Below are positions 31,802 through 41,150 of a stretch of DNA of 64,000 nt, in pieces. The notes under the pieces were generated by a model, which had not been told where the DNA came from, searched no databases, and was given only the letters and a program-made list of their open reading frames with translations. Within the stretch, counting starts at the first letter, position 1, and each line of letters opens with the position of its first letter. The DNA comes from Candidatus Marinacidobacterales bacterium (GTDB taxonomy: Bacteria > Acidobacteriota > Vicinamibacteria > Marinacidobacterales > DATDRI01). The stretch covers positions 4,224,001 through 4,288,000 of the forward strand of contig CBDCNP010000002.1 of the NCBI GenBank assembly GCA_965219415.1, written 5' to 3'. The position numbers and the translations under genes were made by a program.

Positions 31802-33230
31802 CGTCCTGTGCCAAAACTCGGCCCTTTTGAAATAGCCGATAAATCAACAGCTTAGCGTCTGTGTTTGCGACTGGGCCAAGGGCTGTAGGCTCTACAATCG
31901 TCTTGGGCGGACGGGTCGTCACCATGCAGACGACCACCGAGTCGAGAGCGAATATCGAAGCATGTTCCTGAAGCTGTTTCCACGCTACGCCGACCGAGCC
32001 CACCGAGGGGCTACCGTCGCCGGCGACAATCTACGCGGCACGGTAGTAGTAGTTGAGAATGCCCCCAAGTCGCTCTCGCGACACGATGGGGCCAGCGTCA
32101 TTCGCACTTGCCGGCAGAGGTGTGATGAGCTCGTTGCCGAGACCTTGGTGGTTCCGTTCTGTGTGATAGTGCACTACGTATTCGGTTACTGCTGTCCGTA
32201 GGTGTCGCTCACTGAGAGGTACGAAGCGGTCCAGACATTCTCGACGTATGGAGAGAACGAATCTTTCCGCGTAGGCGTTCAGATTCGGACTATTAGCGGG
32301 AAGGCGGAGGGGCTTCACGCCTGAATCTCTCAACAGCCCACGTATCGCCTCGGTGAATAGCGGGTCCCGGTCGTGGATGAGGTATCGCTTGCCAAGGAGG
32401 AAACCATCCCACATGTCAGTGAGGTTCCTTGCCACCTGCTTCATCCACTCCCCGTTTGGGTCCGAGGTTATCCCACCGATGCATACGCAGCGAGTGGCGA
32501 TATCGATGACAAACAGGACATGGTAGCGGACGAGCCCGAACGGGTTCACAACCTCGACCGTGAACAGGTCTGTCGCGGCGATAGCGCCCCAATGAGCCTT
32601 GAGGAAGGTGCTCCACGACATGCTCTTGCCCCGCTCCGGGGCAGGTGCGATACCGTGCTCGGCGAGAACCCTCTTGATGGTGTTGCGTCCGAGTTCATGT
32701 CCGAGGTTCTTGAGTGCGCCCCGCAGGCGCGTATAGCCCCACGTCGGGTTCTCCCGCGCAACACGTACAATGAGCTCACGGATGTCCTTCGCCGTCGGAG
32801 GTCGGCCTGGACTCCGGTTCTTGCTGCCATCGTACTTGGCTGCGATGAGGCAGCGGTACCAGCGCAGCAGCGTAGCGGGTGTGGCAACCGATGCAATCTG
32901 GGCCAGCACCTCGCGGCCCAAGGCCTGGGCCTTGACGGCAAGCCTGCGCCGGTCTTCGTCAGAGAGCCTGAGACGCTTGCCCCGAAGCCCGGCTCGGAGC
33001 ACACGGTTCTCCTCTCGCAGGTAATCAATCACATCCTGCTGCTGGCGGTTGACCCAGCCAGCCACAACGAGCAGTAAGAACCGCACGTGGTAGGTCATCA
33101 TGGAGCTGAAGATAACACCCTCGGTCCAGACGATTGTAGAGCCTACAGCCCTTGGCCCGGTCGCAAAACACAGACGCTAAGCTGTTGATTTATGGCCTAT
33201 TTCAAAAGGGCCGAGTTTTGGCACAGGACG
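31802..33230 (-). mobile_element. Complete rve IS with ~102-bp TIRs (type A ends); probable autonomous parent
   Basis: 31802-31903 and 33128-33230 are inverted repeats starting CGTCCTGTGCCAAAACTC; no TSD. Confidence 0.9.
32031..33101 (-). CDS. Integrase-core (rve) DDE transposase, 356 aa
   Basis: [33 protein letters not shown]. Confidence 0.9.
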   Translation of the reverse strand: MMTYHVRFLLLVVAGWVNRQQQDVIDYLREENRVLRAGLRGKRLRLSDEDRRRLAVKAQALGREVLAQIASVATPATLLRWYRCLIAAKYDGSKNRSPGRPPTAKDIRELIVRVARENPTWGYTRLRGALKNLGHELGRNTIKRVLAEHGIAPAPERGKSMSWSTFLKAHWGAIAATDLFTVEVVNPFGLVRYHVLFVIDIATRCVCIGGITSDPNGEWMKQVARNLTDMWDGFLLGKRYLIHDRDPLFTEAIRGLLRDSGVKPLRLPANSPNLNAYAERFVLSIRRECLDRFVPLSERHLRTAVTEYVVHYHTERNHQGLGNELITPLPASANDAGPIVSRERLGGILNYYYRAA

Positions 33231-33333
33231 GGATGCTCATGACGACATGGTGACCTGACGACCAACGACCGGGGCGCAGGCGCGGGCCGCCCGTGTCTGC
33301 GCTCATCAGTGCACAGGTGTCTCTTAGGTAGCG

Positions 33334-33927
33334 CTACTCGCGGTCGGGGCACTCGGACTCGGGCTCACGGTGCACCCACTCAGTACCGTTGGCGGTTAGG
33401 ACGATGACGTCGACTGGTCCACCGACCTTGGTGGGCACGCGCTCCGCTTGGCGATCAATGATCGCTACAAGCACCGCGACTATGTCCTGCCTAGACGGCC
33501 TCTCTAGGTCCCCCACACCATCGGGAATACTGACACTGGAGAGGTGGTCAACGATATCGGGCTGTCCCCTGAATATTACCTCACCCTCGGGCAGATCCTC
33601 CCGCGCCGCGATCTCCACGTCCCCACCTGAACTCCTGAACTCTCCAGTGTAAGCAACCGGTCGACCTTCCAACATGAAGCCAAGGATGTACGTGAAGAAG
33701 GCGGGGCCGGTCTCCGGCCTTCCGTTGTGGGCCTCGTTGAAGGCCACTTCCGTTCTGTGATCAAACATCCTGACCCGGTCCCAAAGAGGTACGCCCTCTT
33801 GACGTAGATCCACAGTGATTGCGTCGAGTGAGAATGGCCCCGCGGCGTGACTGACGCCGGCAGCCGCGAACACGATATCCCCGAATTCGCGGACTTTGCA
33901 CGCCGTGACCTGTTCTCGCTGGCCACG
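33334..33927 (-). pseudogene. Hypothetical protein, 5'-truncated, possible Ntn-hydrolase-like C-terminus
   Basis: VGGPVDVIVL near the C-terminus; adjoins the A-type end 33928-34009. Confidence 0.35.
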
Positions 33928-34065
33928 GCCCTTGGTCCGGTCGCAAACACAGACACTAAGCTGCTGATTTATGGTCTATTTCAAAAGGGCCGAGTTTTGG
34001 CACAGGACGGGGAACGTTTGCTCAAAAACCGTTGCTTAAGGAGAAGATTAGGGACCTTTTCATCT

Positions 34066-35805
34066 TCAGGGCTCAATCTTCCGGTATTCCACCAACGCTG
34101 ACTTGCCGACGATGTCAAGAATGCGCACCGACAACTCGAACCCGTAGGCGTCCGTGAGTCTCATCGGCTTTCCCAGTCGAAAATCTACCGGCTGCTGCCG
34201 CCCCTGATCGATGGCGATGTTGTCCGCGTACAGATACGTCCTGTCATGGGTGTCTCGTATGGGATTCAGGCGACCGCGAAGCCCCGGCAAGTGCCCAGTA
34301 CGTTCAAAAAAAATAGCCGAGCCGCCGTCCGGGAGCGGATTGAGCTCTAATAGAAGACCGCCTTGCCGCGGAATCCACTCCCGCTCGAGCTGTGAGGCAT
34401 ACCCGGCCGCAGCAGCATACACGGTTATCGGAAGATGGGTGCTGTGTAGACCGAAGGCTGCTTCGCCAGCTTCGTCGGTCGTTCCCAGCCTCCAAGTCTT
34501 GTTCGGATGTAGCACCAAAACATCCACTCCTGGCAACGGGTCTCCTTCCGCATGCACCGTGATAATGGCATCCGCCGGTGTAAGTTCCAGTTTGGCGGCG
34601 GGTATGTTCCGGACCACCAAGATGAAGCGTTCCCCCTCCTCAATCAGCTCAGGCTCCGTACCGTTGTGTTTCTGCATCCCTGCGATGATCTTTCGCGGAA
34701 TGCCCATTCCCATGTGCTCAAGATAGCGGTAGTCGCGCATGACCTCTTTAAGGAGGTGGTTCCGGTACGCCCGCGTTCCGGCGCGCATCCGCTCCGGCGT
34801 AATCCCGTTCGGTAGCCTGCCCGGCGATATGATTGCTAACCGGTCGCTATAGAGGCTCAGCTCAACACCTGTGCTAGTCAGCAGGTAGTCTCGATGAATC
34901 AGCGCGTTGACGATGCCTTCGCGAAGAGCCTCGGGGGGATAGGCAGGCTTTTCCACTCGTCTCCCGCCTTCAAGGTCAGCGGTTCCCGGTGCGTTGCGAC
35001 GTACGAACTCTAGCGTCTGCTCAACCAAGCCGTTTTCAACGATCTCGCCGTTTGCATCGAGCAAGGGTGTAATCGGCCCGCGTAAAGCTTTGTGTTCGCG
35101 TGCAGCGTAGTCCTTTTCCGTCCCAAGAAAGGCCATGGCGTCAATCCCAGCATGAGGGAGAAAGCGGTTCGGTGTCTTCCCGAACAACAGCATTCCCCCA
35201 ACGCTGACACCCTCCTCGGTCATGATCTCCGTGTTGACTAGAAGGGTTCTCCAGCCCGCTTCATCATCATCATCAGGCACTTCCTGTTCCCGAACGCGAC
35301 CGAAGTAGTCCTGAAGCCGCCGCCGGTCCAAGTCGGTCATTACAGCTCCCGAAACCGGCTGCAGCTCTGCACGGATTGCCCCGCGCTGCTGAAACAATCG
35401 CCGTAGCTCCTCTTGAGCCGCTTCCCTGCTTTGGGTGCCAACTCGGATGTAGTACTTATTGCCGTTCTGATGCCAGAGGCTGTGAACGTCGAAGCCTCGC
35501 GTCACGCGGACAATCGCCACGTCCTTGCCGGGTTCAACGCCTCGGACAACCTCATAGAACGGGATGATTGCCGGCCTGATCTTGTCACGGCATGTCGTCA
35601 TTACCCATTCTTCGAGATTGCCTCTGGTGATTCCCGATATGCTACCGTCATCTTCAATGCCTAGAAGAATCATCCCGCCTGCAAGGTTCGAGAAGGCGAC
35701 CAGCTCCTTCGCCAGATCGTGGTTTTGTACGGTGTCGCGCTTGAACTCAACACCGGAGTTTTCTCCGTTGTTGACGATTTCCAGCAATTCGGTGTGTGTT
35801 GTCAT
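34066..35805 (-). CDS. Schlafen/AlbA_2 domain + HATPase_c_4 protein with an extra C-terminal domain
   Basis: GENSGVEFK, AFSNLAGG, REGIVNALIHRDY, SPGRLP, RN..L, GMGI. Confidence 0.85.
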   Translation of the reverse strand: MTTHTELLEIVNNGENSGVEFKRDTVQNHDLAKELVAFSNLAGGMILLGIEDDGSISGITRGNLEEWVMTTCRDKIRPAIIPFYEVVRGVEPGKDVAIVRVTRGFDVHSLWHQNGNKYYIRVGTQSREAAQEELRRLFQQRGAIRAELQPVSGAVMTDLDRRRLQDYFGRVREQEVPDDDDEAGWRTLLVNTEIMTEEGVSVGGMLLFGKTPNRFLPHAGIDAMAFLGTEKDYAAREHKALRGPITPLLDANGEIVENGLVEQTLEFVRRNAPGTADLEGGRRVEKPAYPPEALREGIVNALIHRDYLLTSTGVELSLYSDRLAIISPGRLPNGITPERMRAGTRAYRNHLLKEVMRDYRYLEHMGMGIPRKIIAGMQKHNGTEPELIEEGERFILVVRNIPAAKLELTPADAIITVHAEGDPLPGVDVLVLHPNKTWRLGTTDEAGEAAFGLHSTHLPITVYAAAAGYASQLEREWIPRQGGLLLELNPLPDGGSAIFFERTGHLPGLRGRLNPIRDTHDRTYLYADNIAIDQGRQQPVDFRLGKPMRLTDAYGFELSVRILDIVGKSALVEYRKIEP

Positions 35806-35808
35806 GCC

Positions 35809-38487
35809 TCAGAATCCATACTTTGAACGCCGCATCTCGAAGGCATCCTTGCCGCCTTCGAGGATCTCCTCCACCAGCTCACACACCGGCTTCGAATCAA
35901 TAGACCCCATGTGTTCGGTCGCTATTCTGGCTCGCCCTTCTCCAGCTTCTCCCGACGCGGCTAGGCCCAGAATCAACTCCGCATCTCCGAGGACCGGGAT
36001 GTTCGCGTTATGGGTCGAGAAGACGAATTGTCGGCGCCGTTTTTCCTGCCGCATAATCGGCACCACGCCCTCGGTGATAAAGCGGTTGTCGAGATCGTCT
36101 TCCGGCTGATCGACAACAAGAGGGGCTTCAGATTCCAACAGCAACAACAGTAGCACTGCCGTCGCCTTCTGCCCCGTCGACAGGGCTTCCAGCGTCTGCC
36201 ATGTGGGCGGTTCCTCGTCCGCGGCCGTGTTCAGTTCGATCTTGGTCGTTGCAGGAAGGTCCAGTTCCTCAATTCTCATGAACAGCTCCGGGTCTGCTTG
36301 CGAAATTCTTTCGGCAGATCCGGACGGGAACGAGTAGTTTTTCATCAGCGCCTCTTTGCCTCCACGGCAGCGCTGCGCCAAGTCTGGCAGCGAGAGTTGT
36401 TCGACAGACCAGAGCCGCTCCAGAGCGGCGCTCAGATTGCCACCCACCTTACGCAATAGCCGTTCCAGTGGCTCACGATTCCCCGCCATTGTGACTTCAA
36501 CCCGCACGCGGTTACGGAGCTTGCGGGAAACCTTCTTAGCTGCGCTTTGAAATTCGCGGTACTCGCTCGCTTTCGTGTCCTCCCATTCATACAGCAACTT
36601 GCGGCGGTGCGCCTCGTGACTCACCAAGTCGCGTCCCAAGTTCTCTTTTTTCTCCTTTAGCTGCCGTAGCTCTTCAATCTGCTTCCTTAGGCGGATGAAC
36701 TCTGCGCCGTCGATCTTCGACTTCTGTAGCTCACGCAAAAGCTTTTCGTATGTTTTCTCGACGGTCTTGCGTTTCTCCTCCCAGCGGGCTTCAGCCCCTG
36801 CAACGGCACCGTCCGCTTCCGCCAGTGCCTTCTCAAGTTGGTCGGCGATCGTCTTCAGTTTCGTGCTCAGCGTCCCCAAAAACACCGCAATCTCGGCGAG
36901 AAGTTCCGCATTCGGTAGCCCTTCCAGGGCTCTCGGAGCGACAAAAGCTGCATCCACTGGAAGTATCGCGCTCAGTTCACTGTACAACGCGCGCACTGGA
37001 TCAAGACGTTCCCTGACATTGGCGAATACGCGCTCTTCTCGGATAAGGAGGCTCTTTTCCTTCAGGCGTTCTTCTAGACCGGCTTCCTGGAACCGCTTCT
37101 GCGTCTCCTCTAGGTTCGGCAGCGTCGCAAGCCGCTCATCGAACGCTTTCATCTCACGCCGGACATTGATGATGCGGCTACGCGAGCGTTCCAGTTCTAG
37201 CCGGAGCGTCGATTTCCGTCCCGAAAGGGTTGCATCTCGCTCAACGAACCGTTCCAGCAGCACAGTCAGCTTCTCCCGGCTCTTTGTCAGTTCGGAAATC
37301 TCGTGTTGCCCAAACACCTCCACATCCGGCATCACGTCTTTCGGCGAGAGCGTCAACACTTCTCCGGCTTCGTCTTTCACAATCGGGGGATTCGGGACTG
37401 ACCGTTCGATTGTGTAGCGCCGCACGGATGGTTTGTGTGACCGCACCAGCAAGGAGATTTTCGTCCCGGAGCGCAGAACGTGCCGGATAACCCCCTCATG
37501 CGCTTTCCGCGCTTCCTCCCCAAGAGGCTCAAGCCCGAGCACATAGCGCATGCTTTCGATCACGGTCGATTTGCCGGTTCCTCTCCCACCTACCAGGACA
37601 TTCAGGTTGCCGTTGAAGTGAACCGACGTATCGTCGAGAAAACCGCCTTCCCACGTCACCGCCTGGAATTCCGCATGCGGTTCCGGTTGCGGATCGCTGT
37701 TCAGCTGGATGCGAGACTCGGGGTCGAGGAAGGCCTGCCGCAACGCCTCGACCGAGACGCTCGACATCTTGATAAAACACGAGGCACCGTCTTTCTTGAG
37801 GTCCTCAGGGCTATTCACATCCGAGGCGTTTATCACTGCTACGGGGCGCGGGCGCTTGTGTTCCGCATCCTTGTTTTTAAGAATCGGCCGTATATTGTCG
37901 GGCGCGTCTGAAATCGGACCAGCGAGAGCACAAGCCAGAAGATCGGGCGATTTCCAAGCATTCGCACGAGGCTGTCCGTTGAGTTTCCTTAATAGCCCGC
38001 CATCGGCCGCCACATGTGCGGCCACACAGATCGAGCCCCACTCCTTCGCCTGCGCCAGAAGTTCAATGGAATCGAGGCTTCCCGTCGGTGAAGCCGTTTT
38101 CGTATCGTGGACACCGCACTCACCAATGAACCGTTCCAGCATGTCGTCCTTGTCTGGATCGAACAGGCACAAAAAATGCACGCCGTCCTTGGTCACGGCT
38201 TCGAAGCCGCTGAATGCAAACAAGTTCGCGGCTCGGGCAGTCTTCACCAACCCCCTGGATTCGTCAGCCCGGTAGTGGTCCGTGACCCCGATAACCTCGA
38301 TTCCTACCTCGTGGCAAGCATCAACGATGGCCGCGTTGTATTCATCCTCGTTCTTGAACGACGTCGGCTTGTTGTGCCGCCCCAAGTAGGCGAATGGGTT
38401 GACCTGCAAGGCGCAGCTGTAGAACCGTGCACCGCTGGGCAGCTCCAGAGCGGTATTCAGTCGCTCCGATACTGTCTTTATTGCCAT
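35809..38487 (-). CDS. PHP-like domain + SMC/ABC ATPase (Ppl/TrlF-like defence protein)
   Basis: GVTDHY, AAHV, ASD; Walker A GGRGTGKS, coiled coil, LSTGQK, VDQPEDDLD, STHNAN. Confidence 0.85.
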   Translation of the reverse strand: MAIKTVSERLNTALELPSGARFYSCALQVNPFAYLGRHNKPTSFKNEDEYNAAIVDACHEVGIEVIGVTDHYRADESRGLVKTARAANLFAFSGFEAVTKDGVHFLCLFDPDKDDMLERFIGECGVHDTKTASPTGSLDSIELLAQAKEWGSICVAAHVAADGGLLRKLNGQPRANAWKSPDLLACALAGPISDAPDNIRPILKNKDAEHKRPRPVAVINASDVNSPEDLKKDGASCFIKMSSVSVEALRQAFLDPESRIQLNSDPQPEPHAEFQAVTWEGGFLDDTSVHFNGNLNVLVGGRGTGKSTVIESMRYVLGLEPLGEEARKAHEGVIRHVLRSGTKISLLVRSHKPSVRRYTIERSVPNPPIVKDEAGEVLTLSPKDVMPDVEVFGQHEISELTKSREKLTVLLERFVERDATLSGRKSTLRLELERSRSRIINVRREMKAFDERLATLPNLEETQKRFQEAGLEERLKEKSLLIREERVFANVRERLDPVRALYSELSAILPVDAAFVAPRALEGLPNAELLAEIAVFLGTLSTKLKTIADQLEKALAEADGAVAGAEARWEEKRKTVEKTYEKLLRELQKSKIDGAEFIRLRKQIEELRQLKEKKENLGRDLVSHEAHRRKLLYEWEDTKASEYREFQSAAKKVSRKLRNRVRVEVTMAGNREPLERLLRKVGGNLSAALERLWSVEQLSLPDLAQRCRGGKEALMKNYSFPSGSAERISQADPELFMRIEELDLPATTKIELNTAADEEPPTWQTLEALSTGQKATAVLLLLLLESEAPLVVDQPEDDLDNRFITEGVVPIMRQEKRRRQFVFSTHNANIPVLGDAELILGLAASGEAGEGRARIATEHMGSIDSKPVCELVEEILEGGKDAFEMRRSKYGF

Positions 38488-39016
38488 TGACCTGTCTCCA
38501 TCAACGCTCTTATTCCGAGCCCGCGCTCTTCAGGCCAAGGCTCTGCGCATTCTCCGAACCCCTTCTTCATCGTGTCTTTGGCCCCCACAGGGAATTCCTC
38601 CGAAATCTCGACAGTCTCTTTCACCGAGGCTTTCGGGTCGGAAATGAATCGGAAATGAATATGACACAATCCTACAGAAAGGGTTGAAAATCATCCCTCT
38701 TGCCTTAATGCGGCGTTTGCCGTCATCAACAACAGGTCTCGTACTTCCGCTTCGAACCGTAACGGCATATTCGAACCGATCGACTCTTTCGCCAACGTCT
38801 CGACATAGTACATCAGGTCTTCGCGATCCAGAGCCACGGCGGGAACCTCTAAGAATGCGTACCGAGGTTCGTCCGGGCTCAAGCTCGAAGCTCGTCCCGG
38901 TGCGGTCGTATTGACCGAAGACACCCCCGACCCAGCGCCACGGCCCCTTTGCCGGTCGAGACTAGGCGCGTCATCCAATTTAGGCACTTTTCCCACACCT
39001 ACTCCAGCTTACACCC

Positions 39017-39164
39017 CGTCCTGTGCCAAAACTCGGCCCTTTTGAAATAGACCACAAATCAGCAGCTTAGACGCCCTTGGAATCCGCGCAGAATCCAGGG
39101 TATTGCGCGCCGCAGGGCTGACTTCCGACCCATGGGCTCAGCGGATGAATAAATAGAAGGTACA
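39017..39164 (+). mobile_element. Type A MITE
   Basis: Copy; 3 bp from the next TGT tip. Confidence 0.9.
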
Positions 39165-39167
39165 ACC

Positions 39168-39389
39168 TGTCCCTTCCATAAACTCGAGCTGTATGAGATT
39201 GGCGAACTTCCTGCAACCGGAATGCTTTGGTCGTCTTCATGTAGGACGTTTTAAGAGCCGGCGTCGGCTCTACCGACCTTTGGAATGGCACTGACTTTGC
39301 CCATCGCCGGTGACTCTACCCGGCGAGGCTCGAGCGCGTCCTTCTCAAGCGACAAATGAGTCCGGCACGAATGATAGTAGTCGACGTAT
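39168..39389 (-). pseudogene. rve IS 3' remnant and right end
   Basis: Matches 813-1143 with an internal deletion. Confidence 0.8.
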
Positions 39390-39573
39390 TTACGGCGGAT
39401 GCCTGTCCTGAAGATATCCTGTTCGGGAACGTGAATGATTTTCGCTGTAAGGCACTTGAGATAGAACTCGATAGCCATTCCGGTGGCGTTCATCAAGGGC
39501 AAGACGACACCCGTGCCAGAGGATTGACCGCTTAGGATCAGTCGGACATGCTCGTACCGATCTGCCGCGTCCT

Positions 39574-39921
39574 TTACTTGGGGATTGGAGATTTCCCGAC
39601 GACTTTTCCAATCTTGGGGGTATAGTTCGTCCGTGTCCCCCTGCTGTGCATCAACGCGCGCCTGACGGCCTCGGGTTCCTTCTGGATCACGCACAGGAGC
39701 GTCGCCGCCGGGCCGCTGACCCGGCGTGTGCCCTGCTCCCATTTCCGATAGCCGGACAGGCTCATGCCCATCAGGGGCGCCATCTGTGCCTGCGTAAGCT
39801 TCGCTTGCTTCCGAACCTCGCGTGGCACTACGGGTGCATGAACGATGGCGGGACCTCCGCCCTTTGCATGGGCCAGAGCCTCTTCGAGCGATTGAATCAA
39901 GTCCTCTCCGAACGTGCTCAT
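39574..39921 (-). CDS. HTH (Xre/HigA-like) antitoxin, C-terminus probably chimeric
   Basis: LTQAQMA, YRKWEQG.R, GPAATLL. Confidence 0.8.
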   Translation of the reverse strand: MSTFGEDLIQSLEEALAHAKGGGPAIVHAPVVPREVRKQAKLTQAQMAPLMGMSLSGYRKWEQGTRRVSGPAATLLCVIQKEPEAVRRALMHSRGTRTNYTPKIGKVVGKSPIPK

Positions 39922-40262
39922 TTCTTCTCCTTCTCCTTCCCGGCGGCCTTGATCGCCGCCACAAGCGCGGACACCGTTCGCCGCTCGTACGGTTTCAGGT
40001 CCGTCTTTGCCGACTTTGCATAGGCGAGAAGTGCATAGACCGGCATGTCTTCGCCACCATAGAAGTAGATCACTCGCGCACCGCCTTGCTTGCCACGGCC
40101 CAAGGCCCCGAAACGCAGCTTTCGAACACCGCCCGTTCCCGGTATCTCATCGCCCGCCATGGGATTTTCCGCGAGGAAGTCAATCAGTTCGCGTCTCTCT
40201 GTCTCGCTGAACAGCTTGTCGGCCTGACGGGAAAAGGTCGGGGTTTCGGCCACCGTCTGCAT
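39918..40262 (-). CDS. RelE/ParE (HigB-2-like) toxin
   Basis: GDEIPGTGGVRKLR, GKQGGARVIY, YAKS. Confidence 0.88.
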   Translation of the reverse strand: MQTVAETPTFSRQADKLFSETERRELIDFLAENPMAGDEIPGTGGVRKLRFGALGRGKQGGARVIYFYGGEDMPVYALLAYAKSAKTDLKPYERRTVSALVAAIKAAGKEKEKK

Positions 40263-40450
40263 CCGACACAATATAACCCAATGGGGCATTCACGGCAATG
40301 CTTGAACAGGATGGGGTGGCGCGCCCGTGGTCGTCTGGTCAAAATACTCGAACGCCCAGGAAGTCAGCAGTTTGCACCTTCAAGTGACTCCGGTCCTCCG
40401 CGGAAGGTGTCCGGTGCTCCGCAGAATTCCGATTTGAAACGAGGGTGTCC

Positions 40451-40668
40451 CGTCCTGTGCCAAAACTCAGCCCTTTTGAAAAGACCACAAATCAGCAGCT
40501 TAGACGCCCTTGGAATCCGCGCAGAATCCTGGGTATTTCGAGCCGCAGGGCTGGCTTCCGACCCCTGGGCTGCGGGTGGCGGGCGACAGGCCCACCGGGG
40601 GTGGTGCACACGGCTGGCTCAAATCGGCTGTGGGGCGAGCTGTAGGCAGCGACCTGCGCACCCCGGAA
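40451..40668 (+). mobile_element. Truncated 309-bp-type MITE; a separate D end lies at 40332-40383
   Basis: Matches the first ~220 bp of 62388-62696. Confidence 0.8.
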
Positions 40669-40714
40669 GTCCCCCATTGGACTGGACTTTACCGGGCAAA
40701 AGAGCGAGTGTCCG

Positions 40715-41149
40715 GTGATGCCGCAGGATACAAGAGTTGGCCGGAGGGTCGTTCTGGACGGTTTGGACCTCGCCAGCCTGCGGCGGGCCTGGGAGCAGAC
40801 CTTTGGGTCCGTTCCGCCAAGCTCGCTCTCACGCGCTCTCCTGCGCCGCGTTCTTGCGTACGAACGCCAATGTCGGACCCATGGGGGGCATTCGGCCGCA
40901 ACCCGACGCGCTCTGGCCGCCATGGCGAACGGCACACCAAAACACTCTGCTCCCGCAGGGTCCGTTTCTGCCGGCACCCATCTCGTCCGCGAGTGGAATG
41001 GCCGCACCTACCAGGTCGAGGTACTCGATAACGGCTATCGGTTCGACGGCAAAACCTACCCGTCCCTCACCGCCATCACAAAGCGAATCACCGGCACACA
41101 CTGGTCAGGACCACGCTTTTTCGGTCTGATGCCCAAGCGCAAGGCCTAA
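40715..41149 (+). CDS. DUF2924 protein (recombinase-associated)
   Basis: GTHLVREWNG, YPSLTAITKRITGTHWSGPRFFGL. Confidence 0.9.
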   Translation: MMPQDTRVGRRVVLDGLDLASLRRAWEQTFGSVPPSSLSRALLRRVLAYERQCRTHGGHSAATRRALAAMANGTPKHSAPAGSVSAGTHLVREWNGRTYQVEVLDNGYRFDGKTYPSLTAITKRITGTHWSGPRFFGLMPKRKA

Positions 41150-41150
41150 C

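Noticed and set aside
33214-33232. TGGCAC in the A end as a sigma-54 promoter, or TTGGCA as an outward -35 box
   Set aside because: No TTGC at -12, and the flanks checked (31046, 19905) give no correctly spaced -10; unsupported without TSS data.
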